From Zancudomyces culisetae HAW-14-8 (taxonomy: Eukaryota; Fungi; Kickxellomycota): a DNA stretch of 64,000 nucleotides. Made by a program: the position numbers and the translations under genes. This document shows, piece after piece, positions 12,010-26,883 of the stretch (its first letter is position 1; every line of letters starts with the position of its first letter). Location of the stretch: positions 186,001 to 250,000 of the forward strand of contig JBNJNM010000015.1 of the NCBI GenBank assembly GCA_052426225.1, written 5' to 3'. The notes beneath the pieces were generated by a model that did no database searches, was not told the DNA's origin, and saw only the letters and a program-made list of their open reading frames with translations.

Positions 12010-15000
12010 TTATTTCTTTGCAGGCGCTCTTTTCCTGGGTTTTGCTGCTGGTTTTGCTGCTGACTTTGCTGCTGACTTTGTAGATGTTGAACTGCCCTTG
12101 CGCTTATTTTTAACACTAATTAAAGTATCAGTACCGGGTTCATCTTCACCATTTCCATTCGTACTGTCGTCCTCTTCTTCTTCATCAATTACATCCTCAA
12201 GGTCTGGCTTAGCCATCATCATTCCACCGCCCTTCTTTGCTCTACCACCCTCCCCTCCTCCAGAACCAGCCGAACCTCCTTCTGCAGTAAATCTATGACT
12301 CTTTGTATTAAATGTTCTAGTAAACGCATTCTTCACTTTAGTTTCAATACCCGTCTTGATGTATTGCGAAAGTAGCGCTTTTACCATATCAATCCGCCGT
12401 TTTATTTCCTTGTCATGTTTATCATTTCCAGCAGAATAAAAAATGTTGACAACTGATTTGACCATCAAAAGCTCAGTAATTGTGTCAAAATCCTGTCGTG
12501 TCAAATTGTATCCATCCATTATGTCAATCACGTGCTCAATGGTCTCTTTCACATCACCATGCTTGCCAGCTTGAACCAGCGGCCACACAACCGCCAAAAA
12601 CAGTCCACCCAAGTACTCTTGCCGCACTTGCAACTTGTCTGCTGTAACACTTGATCGCAAATGGCCTTCAAGCTCACTAGCCAACCGTAAATTCTTATTG
12701 CGACTCGAGTTTTTGCCCAGCCATGCTGGGAAGTTGTACATTGCGTTGCGGCTGCCTGTTGCAAAATACGCAGGCCGCACACACGACAACACTGAATGAC
12801 TAGGCATCAGACTCCAGTTCTGGCTTGTGTGGATCGATGTCTCTATTAGATCGGATTCTGAAATCGAATCAGCCGCCCGGCTCAGCATCTCCAGATTTGC
12901 TACATCATACGGAATATTTTTTTCAGCTGCAAATGACCTTGCCAGGCTGGAATTGTTACTCAGATAGTTTTCTTGAAGCATCAATGGAATAATCATATAG
13001 TCATTGAAGTACAGATTGATCTTGTCGCTCATATTTATATTTTGGAATGCACCCGCATTCAACAGCTCACCGATAACATCAAATGGACCTGTTTTGATTT
13101 CTTTTTTACTGACTGCTGAGCTATTTTATTTTATTTTATTTTGTTTTGATATTTCAGTTATTAGTTAAAATAAATACACTATATGTCTAGACTTAGAACT
13201 TACAATTGCTTTCCTTGGTCATACGTCATGGTATCGTTAGACAATTTCCACGTCGATAAAATATTTAACATTTGCCTCATATCGGACCTTGTTGATGCAC
13301 ATAACTGGTCCAACGCATTGGGATCTGCTTTTAGTCCCTCTCTGAAACAAATACTCATCAGTCTCGACCTAAGACTTGCAGCTTGTGGCCTAATTTGTAT
13401 ATTTTTCATATCATTATAAATAATTTCGTTTTTTATTATTATTGCTATTTATTAATTTATTTATCTACTTGGTTGTTTAAACTTACTTTATAAATTTGAT
13501 GTCTTCGCAATAGTTTGCTAATGTCCGCATTTTCGGATCCATTCTGTCATTGCATATACAGATGATTGGGACTTTAGTTTTCTGTATCATCTTACTCAAC
13601 TCCGCTGTACCACCTCTGTCACCACTTGACATTCCATCCACCTCATCCATGATCACTACCACCTTTTTACCTATCGCTTCCTTTTCGTGTGTATCTTTGC
13701 GCTCGATGTTACCACTAAAGTATTCAGTTATTGTGTGGTTTCCTGTCAACACTCCCAGTTGATTCTACGTTTCGTTTACAGTAACAAATATCATTTATCT
13801 TTATCTCTTGATTCTTCACACCGTTTATTTATATATCAAGTTTCTATCATTACCGAAATCGAGCTTTTGTTTCTAACATCGCTGGCGTTATACTCAATAA
13901 CATCCATTCCCAAATCCTTCGCCACCAACCATGCCGCTGTGGTTTTTCCTATCCCTGGAGATCCCGAAATTAGTACTGCTCGTTTTTCTGGTGGCACAGT
14001 GTAGTTCCTAATCAGTTTTTTTTCTTTTAATAATCAATATTCTCTCTTCTCTCTTCTCTCATTCTTTTTTTCTTTTTCTTTTGTGACCATTAGAAACATA
14101 AAAGTGAGTAAAAAAAGCAACTTACCAACTAGACAACCAATTATAGACTCTATCTATTGCAGTTTTATTTCCACAAACTTCTTTTAGCGTCTTTGGCTTG
14201 TATTTATCCACCCACAATTCACTGTCTGCAACCATCTCCGGCTGCTGTTGATTTTTTCCCCCTTGCTTCGTTGACTCGGCTGGCTCCTGTTTAGCCTCAC
14301 GCATTTCTTCTTCCCTAATGCTTTTATCGATAACTATTTTTTCCACAGCTTTTACCAGCTCGGTCGCACTTTTCTTACCTACCGTGGCTATCCCTTCTGC
14401 TTTCTCCGTTTTTATATCTTGTGCATCTTTCGTATTAGTTTCGTCAATATCCATTTGATTTGAACCAAGATCCTTTACATTTTTGTCTTCACCGCTGTCC
14501 TCTCTAAAGCTCTCAACAAGCCCAACGAATCCATCCTCATCCAATGCGCTGACATTGTGTTTTTTTGCTGATGTTATTTTGCTAGAACCTGGGCTGTCGC
14601 CCAAAATCAAAAATGTTGTCTTTGAACTAACTGCAGAGGTGACTCTTCCACCATACCTTTTGATTACGTCTGCCACAGTCTCGCGCGAATATGAAGGAAG
14701 CTCACCAGTTATCACAAATGTCATACCCTATCCACGTTTAATTCTACTTTTAATATCATTCCCTATACATATCCCGGAGCTACACATCCAATCGTTCTCT
14801 CACCCCACTGCTCAAAACAAAATCAAAACTAAGTGTGACTTTACCTCTAAGCATCCGTCTGCCCCAACAGGAACTGCCCTATCTTGCAGTGAATCTGTTT
14901 TCATCTGCTTCCCTGCCCAAAAACTATTCGTGTTCATACCCATAGATGTAATTACATACTTTTATATACGTACGCCCACTGATATATACATATAGACTCA

Positions 15001-15998
15001 GTTTTAATAATATGTTTCGGTCGTACTTGAATGTCGATTTTTCTACTTCTGGTAAATCCTTGCAGAGTATAACTTTAACACCCGCATCTATTGCCTCCTT
15101 AACTATCAGGTCTCTGGTATTAGCACCCCCCTTTGCTCTCGACGGCTTTGTTGCCTTCGCAGGTGACATCTTTCTAAGCTTCTTCTCTTCTGGCTCCCTT
15201 TCACTATGCGAATGCACATCTTTACCTTGTATCTCTACCACTGGATTTTCTGGCCTCTTCTACTCATCAATTACACACAAGTTATATCCTTTGTATATCA
15301 AAATGGACCTGTCTTTTGTTTTCTAGACAATATAGGATTAAACGTAAACCCAATAGCTGGATTTCTCCTTACTCTAGATTTTCTGGTCGTTGTATTGCTG
15401 AAATATTCCTCAGGGTTTACTTCCTCCAATTCCTCCTCTTCTTTTTCCTCCTTCTTCTTTCTACCACCCCGCTTTGGTTCTTTAACATCAGGCTTAACCG
15501 CAGCGGGTTTGATGAGTTTTTCCTCACTCTCGTCTTCACTATCCCTATATTTCATCAAAATTGTTTTGAAGAATTCTACTTTATCTCTTTATCAGCGTTC
15601 TTTTTTTTTTAATCTCTCAGTTACTTACATTACTATTTTTTTTATACACATAAAAACTGTTATTATGAATGTTCACACCTTTATCCCTCATTCATATTCA
15701 GGTTATCTCTATTTCTGAGGGTAAACAAATATATCACAAAATACCTTTTATCTGCCTCCTTCTACTTGTGGTACCTTTATTTTTTGTTTCTTTTTCCTAT
15801 TTTAACCAATTTAATTAATTCCAAATATGTTCACTCATTCCGCGCATAAACAGCACGACGACAAGCAAAAAAATAAAAATAAAAAACAAAAAAAAACGAT
15901 GAATAAAATGGCTTATTTACCTCTACTGGGGGCTCCCTCTTGACTCTGCCTTTCCGACCCTTTGATTCATCTTTGTTAAAATAATCCAACAAGCCCAT
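12010..15998 (-). CDS. RFC1: replication factor C large subunit, multi-exon (exon borders approximate)
   Basis: BRCT domain (TFVITGEL..YGGRVTSAVSSKTTFLILG), WVDKYKPK, Walker A SGSPGIGKTT, YNASDVR, Walker B IMDEVDGMS.GDRGG, PIICICND and RFC1 C-terminal FPAWLGKNS. Probable start MGLLDYF at 15998. Confidence 0.93.
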
Positions 15999-16873
15999 TA
16001 TTCGTTTTCTTTTATTTGTTATATATCTCTAGATATATAACCTTGTGTGAAATGCGTGAATTTCTTAGTTGTGTTTTAAATAGTTGTCTCTTATTAAGAC
16101 TGGTGTTCTAGTAGATCCTCTTTGTCCTGTAGTAAGTTTCGCTTTCAAAGTTTAATTTATATATTTATATGTTTTTGTTTTTGTTTTTGTTTTTGTTCTT
16201 TTCTGTATTATGCCTTTAATTATTCTGCATAAATTAATAAATTATTAGTATATTTTAGTAGAATCAAAGACCTAAAAAAATATTAAATGCGATTCTCAGC
16301 TACTTGATTCAACTTTATGTGTATAATTGCATACAAACAGCGATAGTTATGATTTCAAATTTGTTGCTCATATCCCGTTTGTTTACATTAGCACCTTCCA
16401 CAGTTTGATTGTACTTTTATTTGCCGAATCAGTTGTTTTTTTCTCCCTTTTATTTTTTATTTTGATTAATATAAGCACTTAATTGTAGCGAGTTGTTGGC
16501 AACATTCGTAATCTCTAAAAAATGATGAACAAATAGGACGTCCCTAACAGCAGCCCTCGCCTTTACACATTTTGATCAGTTCAACCAAATGATCAATTGG
16601 GTTTATTAGACGATCTACATTAACAAACATAACAGTATTGACCTTAACTCAGTTATTAATAAGCCCGATACACTTTATTCGAAAATGTGTAAAATTCGTG
16701 CTTCAAATGTAGTTTATTTTTGCGCAAAGTTAGAATTCTATTTTACCGAAAATAACAAAAAAAGTTCTTAAATTAGTTTTAAATTATAATCGCCGTATCA
16801 TAGTAATATTATTTAAACAACCCATTTGAATGGAGTGAAAGTGATTCCGACTCTTCAGGGGAGGAGACCTTAT

Positions 16874-18145
16874 CTAAACCAATCTCTTCTTTCCAGATCT
16901 AGATTTAGCCTTTGATTTTTTATTGCTACTTTTTCTGGGACCTTTGGGCACCCTTGTCCCCTCTGGCCCATCCGCCACAATAGGTTCCTGTAGAGGCTTT
17001 TCAGTACTACCTTCGTTTATTTTTGGGGTAGATGGAACTGGTTTGCCAGTGCTTTTTGCAGGTGCTTGGCCCCTAGATACCATTGGCGGGCTGTTGCTAT
17101 TTCTTACTCGCCGTTTACCCACTCTATTGGTCTTTTTGCTTAGTGAAGCGGGTTTCTCTTCACTATCATTCAAGTTGTTGCTAGACCTCTTTTTCAAAAT
17201 GGAACCACCTGTAGTTCTTCCTTTTTTGCTTTTATTATTTCTTCTCTGATCGTTCGGCCTCCTATCAGACTCGAGAATGGCTTTAGCACCTCCAGAGGCA
17301 CTACTTTTCCCGTCAGTAGATCCAGTGATGGGCACCAATGCTGGATTGAGCTTGTTAATACTTGAAGTATCAGCTGAATCATGCAGTTTAGTCTTTTCGG
17401 AGGCGGTTTCGCTTGCAGTCGCCACACGCTCAAAATACTCTCTGGAACTTTCCACCCTTTCCCCAGGGTTGGTAAGGAATAAATCGTCTTGAAGCACGCT
17501 TTGTGGTTTTACATTTGGTTCTAAACCTTTAGCCCCTTCGCCTTCAAAATATTGTACGCGTTCCTCAAAGTTTTGAAATTCAACAGATGTTTTTTTTGAA
17601 ATTCGTCCAGAGTTGTGGGTATGATCGTCGTGAGAGCTCCCACTTAGGTTATATCCTTCCTCGCCTATTTTGTATTCAAAGTTTTTTATCAGGTCTCCGA
17701 CCTTCCCAGGTGATTTTGTTTGTGGTGTGCCGCTCATTAGCCCACCTGTAGCGTCCGCATTATCACTTGTGCTAACTTTACCGTCTAATAGATTTACAAT
17801 TCTTGAGCGCTGTGAGCCGACAGATTTCCTTTCGATTTTCTGAATTTGTGTACCGAATCCTGCATCTATTTTTATTCCACATTCTTCATTAGTTCAAACA
17901 ATACCAAGATTCAAAGGCATACAAGTAAAGTATCGAAAAAAAAATGGTACGAGAATGGCATGCATATAAAAAAGGGGTCACGAACCTATAGTGGCGTATT
18001 CGAGTCCATTTGTTGAAATACCCTCGTCGGGTTCCGCCGCTAAAGGTTGTTGATTTTCTACCTGAACCTGGTCATCTATCGTTATTGCCACAGAATTATA
18101 ATCCTGGTCTTGCTGATTACCCAATAGGCCATCCACTATTATCAT
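16874..18145 (-). CDS. hypothetical low-complexity Ser/Lys/Gly-rich protein, two exons (intron ~17867..17985)
   Basis: ATG at 18145, GTTCGT donor and AATAG acceptor join in frame to the 287-aa ORF; no domain recognised. Confidence 0.65.
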
Positions 18146-20468
18146 TTTACGTTTTTTTTTTGTTAGTATTCACAATTTGTTCTGTATAGAGATAGTTAGA
18201 ATAATGTATGAAAAAATACACAACTTTTTCATTTTAGTATCAGATTTACAATATCAGTAGAGCTCTGGCATCAAAAGGTACATTATTTGCCCTTTAATTC
18301 ACAATTACCTTCATTTCCATTCGAACTGTATGCTGTACTCACTTTCCAATAAAATGCCACCCAAAACAATACAAATACCACAAAAACTGCCAAAAATATT
18401 GCCAAGAGCATTGCGTTATCTCTAATAATCTGCGTTCACGTTTAATAATTATCTAACCCTATGTACAACAACAAGAATATTTTGTATTTTTTTTTTATTT
18501 GCATTTTTCAAAATAGTGTATCAACCACATACATACATGCCATTTCTAGACCAAAATCATTTTACAAAAAAAATATTTTCTTCCATTCTTTTATTGGTCA
18601 ACTGTTTCACGAGCTTTGAACCTTTTCCTTAATAAAACTCGAGTAAATTGATTTAGGTTTTAATATGTGTTTTACATCAAAATAAAAATTTCATTTTTCT
18701 TAAACTGCGATTTGCGTAATTTACTAATGCACACATGGCTTTACCAATTATTTTTTGGTCCCCTTTTGTTTGATGAATCTATATGTGGTAATTAATAAGT
18801 TTTATATTTGGTTGGCTCTTTGCCTAATTAAAAACACCTTTTTGAGGTCAGCCATTTGCTTAAAAACTTGGTATCAAATTTTGCAATTATTTGCAATTAT
18901 TAACGAGTTCAAAGTCCGAGCACATTTCTTTTAGTTTTTTACAACTTTATTGTCATGTAGATATTAAAAACACTTCCCCTCCTTTCAGCTGGTTTGACCT
19001 TCAAGATATCTATGGCAGTTGAATAGAATAATTTATTTAGAGTAATGGTTTAGTCTTTAATGTTCTTGTGGTATTTTCTCGAGTTTCATAGAACTGGCGC
19101 ACCTTGCTCATTTTTCGTATGTATTATGGCTGCTATCACCAAATTGATGCTATAAAACATAGAAAGTGATAGTAATTGTTAAGAAAAATACGAGTGCACA
19201 CAGGACTCCATCAACTCTTAACTTTGCGAACTGGTTAACCAGCTCTCCTTCAAGAATGTGCACTGTGCATATGGGTTGGTTATTTGGGTGTGTGTGATTT
19301 TTCAATTGTTTCTTTACATACAATTAGATTCTCATCTGGCCCTGGTTATGTACTAACCACGCAATCTAGATGCAATAGTGGAAAATGCACACTTATTAGT
19401 ATTTATAGTGCTGAAAATATAGTTTTATGTCTTTGGATAAGTTCAAGGCTTTTGGTGTAGTACATATTCTTGGATTTCCTTTGCTTTACTTGCAAGTGAC
19501 CAGATTAACAAAAACGTAAACTGAGCAATTATGTCATGTGAAAAAGTATGCATATCCCTAAATGACAAAAAAGAGCTATTTAGTACGTTTATTTACTGTG
19601 CACACCATCCTTATTATTAGTATCTCTGGTTTCCTCCTATATTCTTCTATAATTCACCACTTCTATCATATCTGTTCTATCTTAGAACCTATCAGTAGAC
19701 GTCTACATCTTTTGAAGTGAATATAATTGCTGTGAATAGAACGCTTGTGGTTTTGAACACTAAGAGCTGTTTGTGTTTGAGTTCTGTTGAAAAGAAAAGA
19801 AAAAACATATTTTATCATCGTGTTCACCCACACATAGCTAGTGGCCTCTATCGAATTATATCATGAATGAACTTTTATCTCCATTATTACCTTTTTTAAC
19901 TGTTTTATGTAATATTGTAATGGCTTATAAAAGCAATGTCAAAAATGGAACAGAGGGATTTATAGAACATCAGAATAAATAGAACAATAAAACAATAGAA
20001 CACTAGAACAATAAATAAATAGAATACGAGTAAATGGAAATGGAAATTGTGGACTAAATTCCAATAAAAAATCCCAAACCCCGTGATAACCCACCAAATC
20101 CCCCATAAAAAAACAAACATTGGTATTGAAACAGATCTTGTCACACACTTTTAGTTCAAAAAAGAGCACCAAGGTTTACTTCTAATTGATCAGCTAGTGG
20201 CCAATAGCTTTTTTCATATATTAAAACCAGCCCTCCCATTTAAAAAAGGGCGAGGTAAAAGTAATAAATATAGCTACATTCTTTCTCAGTAAATACAAAA
20301 TAGAACATAGGTTTGATAGCCGGCGTTCTAAGTTCGTTTTTTTGATTATAATGCTTTTATTTGTTATGTCTTTTTTATTGCTGCCACATACGTTGATCTA
20401 GCATGAACTTTTAACGACATACAATATGGCGCATTTTACCAGCATAATTTAATAAGCATTTTACAAAA

Positions 20469-20471
<3 letters not shown>

Positions 20472-20506
<35 letters not shown>
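20472..20506. repeat. (AC)n microsatellite
   Basis: About 17 AC units read directly. Confidence 0.9.
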
Positions 20507-20509
<3 letters not shown>

Positions 20510-23500
20510 ATCTCCTCACTAGTCTCTGAACAGCTATTAAGCAGTAAGATACACATAAAGACCAAAATTCGATAAAAGCAAACATTCTATTGCTGCGGAA
20601 GTTTGCTGTGGTGGTTTATACTCTTTTCCCATTTTTAAAACATTGTTTAACTATCGAAACTAGAAGTAAATAAAAAATTTAGAAAAGATGATTCATACGT
20701 TGTAGTGTTGACTTTTATAGCAACCTGTATATCAGATTGTTTTTTAGAACTATTTTCCGCTCTTCTGCTTTGCCTGCCTTCCTAGATGAGGCAATATTGG
20801 CTTTTTTATTTTCAAACTTGTGGTATATTTAAAAACACATCCATCTAAGGACCATGTATGCTCAAAAAAGAGGTTTTGAATGCATTTAGATGACATTGTC
20901 TATTTTCAATAATGCCTTTTGAGGTAAATACGTATGTGCAAAGGTTGAGTGGTGTTACAGCCTCATGAAAATTTTATAGGGGCTGCACACCTATTAAGTG
21001 AGCATGAACTTGGGCTTAGATCCAAACATTAATTTGCTCGTTTCTTTGTAGAACAGCGGTTCTATCAAGTTTTTTTTTCAAATAAATAAAAAAAGAGCAA
21101 AAAAATTTTATCCGCATTTTGCTAATCAACGTATTACCATAGTTTTCTTTAGTGATTAAATAAAGGACATATTATTAAAAAATCGTGAAAAACCAAGTCC
21201 AAAAAGCCTCAGATTCAAGGATTTACAATATCAGACTTTGTTTGTATCCTCATTTTAAAAAATAAAAAAGACCTTATGTTCTTAAACTGAATAGGAGCTA
21301 AAGTAACATGTATGTATGATGGATCTATCCATTTGAGCTCACATTTCGACTCGCAGTTTACGTTTCTTTAGAGAAATCGATAAAGTGAATACATACTAAT
21401 TCTGCAAACACTGGGATCGGTCTTTTCGACCGTGAGAATCGTGTACGTCTCTCTACTTACTTTATCTATATTTAGGCCCAAATGATTTTTTTTCACTGCT
21501 ACTACTTTTTGCTCCTCTTCTTTTAGATACACGCGATGCTATACAGTTTATGTATGTATAGCTATGCAAAGTCGCTTTCGCTCTAAAATCCTGGGCACAA
21601 ATTGAAGAGGAGCATGACCCTACTAACTCACAGCTTTCAACCATGATGTTTGGGTAACAATATTAAAAAAAGGATATGATGAACAGTGGATGATACATGG
21701 TCTCAATATTCCAATTCACTAAAATGATGCAAAAACTCGGGAATGATTCACTTGTGTAAACCATAGCTTCATGTTCTTATATCAGAAGAGAGTGTTTTTG
21801 ATGTTATTATCTCATAAGGCCCGTTATGTATAAAACAGATATTGTGAATTTACACAATTCTCTCTGGAGATTCTTAATTCTCACTCGTTTTGGCTCACAC
21901 TAGGTGTAGTTCTATAAAAATCAATAACAACAACGTGTAATGAAATGATGTTAAGAGAAAATAGTATATCCACACCGCAAACATCACCAGGAGTAACTCG
22001 GTTGCAATCAATGAGTTTTTTTTTTTTGAATCAAATGTAATGATTCGAATTTCTCTGTTTCTTTTATTAACTATTCTGCACTTTTTTTTTGCATTTATGG
22101 GATACTTGATGGTATCAACAAAGTTATATGAGAGCATATACATTGATGGGTGTATATTCTCAAAACCAAGACTAACCAGGTGGATAGATTTGCAAGAGAT
22201 TTTAATGTACTTCACATAATATCTGCGAGTAAAACATAGTGCAAGTGAATATTGAGTTTTTCACTCTTTTTTTTTGTAGTAATGGTAATATCAAGAAATA
22301 AATATTTCTGATATTACCAGTACACGTGTATAATCAAAACTAGTAGCAGGCGACTTGATTACAGGCTCGTGAAAATTATCTTTACATACTAAAATAATAC
22401 CAAAAAAACCACATTATAGTTGTGGTGCGTTTACCTTGGTCACTCGTGCGCACGATTTTAATATACTTTGTTTTGTTTGCTTATACTTGTTACTTTAATA
22501 ACTTGAACACTCACTATCCAAGTCACAAATAGCGGAAAATTTGTAAGTTTGCCTGTCATTTGATAAATTTTTTTCCGTCATGCTATTTTTTTAAAAAAAA
22601 AAAATTACTTGCGAATTGATGGCGTTCTGAGCCCTACAATGACGAGAATATGGAACAATGTTTGTAAAGCGGGTATGCTGACCACACCATATGTGGGGAT
22701 CTGTAGAGATTTACACTTTACAGCAAACTTCAGCTATCTTTTAAAAACCAACATGCTGTCTCCCTGTTTGAGAAAGTGATATCACGCATTCCCTGCTTGG
22801 TGGTTACACTGTATTTTTTATGAGTAAAAATAACAGCTATTTCAATTTGTGTAGTTTGAGTATTTTTGAAACCAGGTGGTAATAGGGATGTGAAGGGTAA
22901 CAGATATATTTTTAAAAAAAATCTTGTATACTGTTCGGTTCATGAGGGATCGTAGTGAAATAATACTACTCATTTGGTAAAATAAGAAACATAACAGTTT
23001 ACTAAATGGCCCAGTATCATCATTGCTTTATTCAAAGTTACACACATTACCTTCATCCTTCTTAAAAAAAATTCACACAAAATCTTTGGCAGACTCTGCT
23101 CATCCTTAAAGTTTGTTCATTTTGCTTAGACAGGCCATACAACAAAGAGAGTGCGGGTGCGGGTGCGGGTGACGACGACTGTTGGTTCGGTTGTGCTATA
23201 ATAGTATTATTCTAATTTTCGAGGCATTTACTGTTTGAGGGATTTGCATACTGATTGGAGAAAATTACTGTTTCATTCAGCTAGTATTTGCTTTTAATAC
23301 GATGAGAATATGTAATTCTGATAGGACAATCCAAACGTGTGGTCTTGTTGGTTCTTTAGTAGCATTTTTTTCAGTCCAAAGCAGTTTAAATATACAAAAC
23401 TAAAATAGACAGTCAGATGTTCTAATTAGTGCACTATAAACGAACAAATCGTGGAAACGATGGTGCCAAAATGGAAAGAAGAAAGAAGGGAAATACATAT

Positions 23501-24411
23501 GTAAGTACGTATGTGCTGTGTTCTGCTGCATTGAGCAGGTTTTGTTAGAGAAAGCTGGACTGAGGAAAAGAAAGGATAAATTTACCAATATTTCCATGGA
23601 TACTTGTTGGTGATAAGCGCAGGATGTAGAAGGAGAGTATAGCCCGAAGAAAGGAAACTTAGAATCAAGACCAAAACAACTAGTTAAGCTTTAGTTCTCT
23701 TAGTAGTAAAAGCAAGCCCCCTTGTACAAATAAGAATGTAGATCTATTACATTTGCAAAGGTCATATTTTGAGAGATATGAAATATTACAATAGTGTTCC
23801 GAGACAATGTGAACATTTCTACATGCTCATTTTATTTGCTTGTTTTACTCTTTTTTTTTGTTCAAATTTATCCGTGAATAAACAGAAAAGTCGAATTCTT
23901 TTTTTTAGAGAGCATAAACCAGACTCCCAAGGTCTCGTATGTCAGGCCTTTCTGAGTTTTGCAAAGACTTAAATGTCTAACAGTTTTTTCCTTAATCTTT
24001 TTTTTTTTTTTTAGTCTGTTTTGAGCTTTTGTTCTTTGCTTTCAGTTCTGGACTAAAAAGAACTAAGCTAAAATAAGTATTTTAGATTCTAGAACCTTTG
24101 TCTTCAGTTAACTAGCAGTATGTAATGATCTCATCTGTAATTATTTTTTTTTTAAAAAAAGATTATTAACGAAACCTAAAATTGCAGTATTGTAATTTAT
24201 GGGATATCTAGTTTTGAAAATGTATATAAATGGTATGTAGTTCGCCTTTTCTTTCCATCCAGAAAACAAAAATAAAATCACCAGTAGATTCAAAAGTATT
24301 ATTTGTCTTTTGGTATTTACATTTGTACCAAGCAAATATAAAATAAGAAAATATTAAGCTTAATCTAAGGCATAGAGAATCACGGATTTGTAAATAGTAC
24401 GGCATACATCA

Positions 24412-24531
24412 ATGAAAATGGAATATGGTTATTTAAAAGCATATATGAATGGTGGAGAACTCGTTGACGAAAGAGACTATCCGGTAATAAAGAAGCCCAC
24501 ATCCATACCTGAAGACGATGAATACTTTTAA
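24412..24531 (+). CDS. small ORF B, 39 aa (MKMEYGYLKAYMNGGELVDERDYPVIKKPTSIPEDDEYF), paralog of 6039..6170
   Basis: Translated by hand; shares MKxxY and ExDYPV[VI][RK]KPxSxP[DE]DxxY with ORF A. Confidence 0.65.
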   Translation: MKMEYGYLKAYMNGGELVDERDYPVIKKPTSIPEDDEYF

Positions 24532-26883
24532 AGCTGGAAAACAAGGATGTGGTGCCGTTTGATCGAAGCTCTTACTCCATCACCCCTCTTTCTATGCCAA
24601 AAAAATATATGAGCAAGTATAGATGCAAAAACAAAGAATAATAAATCATTAACTATACAATCAACACCAGAAACACATTTTGTACAAGTAGACTCCTGTT
24701 TAGCGCAAAGAAAACAAAGTACCCTGCGATTTTTTGCAACAAAAAACTGTTTATATCTGCAATGTGCTTATATATACTAGAAGTTTATCTAAGAGATCCT
24801 CTCCACTTTCCCTTATTCAATCTCTTTCCTCCTTTGCGGTGAACCGGTACAGCTGTATTATCCGGCTAAGTTGGGTTAGACTATGCACAATCATTCTTTT
24901 ACCCTCTTTTTTTGGATAAAATTTTATTTATACATCTTTATTTTATTGTTCTATCTGTAGATTTTTAATCAAAGCCAATAAAGCAACATAATTTGTGAAA
25001 AGTGCAAAAATGTTTGAAGTAAAAAAAAGATGAATATAATACACAAAGGTTCAAACCAGATGTGGGCGGAGAGTAATAGATGGAGTTGAAACTATTGATT
25101 GATGATGTTTATCATATTGTATTTTTACAAGCGTCGAAAAAAGAAAGGATGAGGACAATGTTGGTGAATAGGCGGGGGATATGAACAATGGTGGTACTAT
25201 TAGAAAAGTAGATGATGCGGACTCTAAACTTTTATCTCAAAGCGGGGGTATGAGCATGAAAATGAGTAATGGTTTGATGTTTTGTTTTATGTTTTATGTT
25301 TTGTTGTTTTGTTTGTTTTGTTTGTTTTGTTGTTGCTTTCTTTTTCCATGCTCTAATTTGAAATTGGAGCAGAAATCGGAAAAGAATCTGCATCTGATTC
25401 AGGGCTTACTTTTTCCAAATTCACAACTTTATTCTCTTATCCGGGCCAATTGGGTTTCTCTATCTGGCAAAAAAAGCATTTGAAATGTGTATTGTTTTAG
25501 TTGACATGGTCCCCGAGTGTGAAAAAATAATATTCTACGTGACTCAGGTAATATTGTTGGAGTTATTATGTTGACGCGCATATCGGTTACTTGTACGGTC
25601 AAAATGCTTGGGTTTAATGTTTGCGCACTGCTTATGTATGTACATAAAAATGAGGTTTTAATCTTTTATTTTGCATTTAATTATATTCAATAAATATCCA
25701 CTTTTAATGAGAAACACAAAAGCATAAAAAAACGGAAACACAAATTGGGGGATGAGGGAAAGAGATGATATGACTAACCTGTGTGTTACAAAAATATACC
25801 TGACTAAACTTTTAGAAATTTAGAAAAGTTCTTTTTTTTTATGGTGAGTAAAACGTTCTTGTGTGGTAGTCATTTGACACTTAGGCTAAAATCTGCAATT
25901 TACCTTTTTTTGGGGAATTTATCACAAATAAATCAGATATGTACGTATATATAAACTCAGTCATGGATAATTAAATCTACATCTTTTTTTGGAAAGAAAA
26001 ACGAAAAATAACGGACAAAATGCAAATAAGAAAATAAAAGCGCAATAAAGGCGCTAAAAAGTAGATTAATTAAACAGTCAAAACAATAATGACATCAGAC
26101 GACCAATTGGACAAAAAAAAGCGCTATTACTTATTGTACTGTATCAAATACAAATTAAAGGCTTTTGGCGTGAGTGTTTGTGGTGTGTTTCCTGAATGAG
26201 GTTTTTCTGTTTTGCGAGAAACATTTTTCTTTTGGGTATTTTTAAACAAAAAAAAAAGCCAAATTGAATAATAAACAAATTGCGCTACAGGAAAGCAAAA
26301 AATTGAAACAGTGAGAGGTGTGATTTACAAGTGTGGTTTAGCTTGTCAAAGCTCTTACATATGTATATATATTATTTAATACGTATTAACCGGTTCGATT
26401 TTATTGGTAGTGATAAAAAAAGCGTAAATTATGGAAATGCGGTAATAAAGATGAAGATAAGCAAACATTGAATACATCCAATAATGTTTAAAAATGACTT
26501 TAATGGCTGGATCGGTAGATTGAAACATTTTAATGTATTGCTACTAAAGTTCACAAGTAAACATTGTCGTATTTGTTATGTTTGTTACCTGGATGAGTCA
26601 GTTTGTTCGGAAGTAGATATATGTGTGACACAATGAAAATGGCGTAGATTATTCTAGTGTTAAGACATGTTCTTGTTGCCATGACTATTCAAGTCATTAC
26701 CATGGAAAATTTGAAACGATAATCTGAGTAATATTTTCTATTTGACAGGTAATCAAGCTGACTTGAATAAACAAATACATAAAACCCAATGTGAAACCTA
26801 AAAAAGCAGAGTTGAAACAATAAAAGAAGCAAAAATAAAAAAAATAAAAACTAGGTAGAAAAAAAATAGAAACGGGATATGGA

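Noticed and set aside
21562-21657. Frame reading WAQIEEEHDPTNSQ as a third micropeptide copy
   Set aside because: Only IExExD matches; it lacks YPV..KP and an in-frame ATG.
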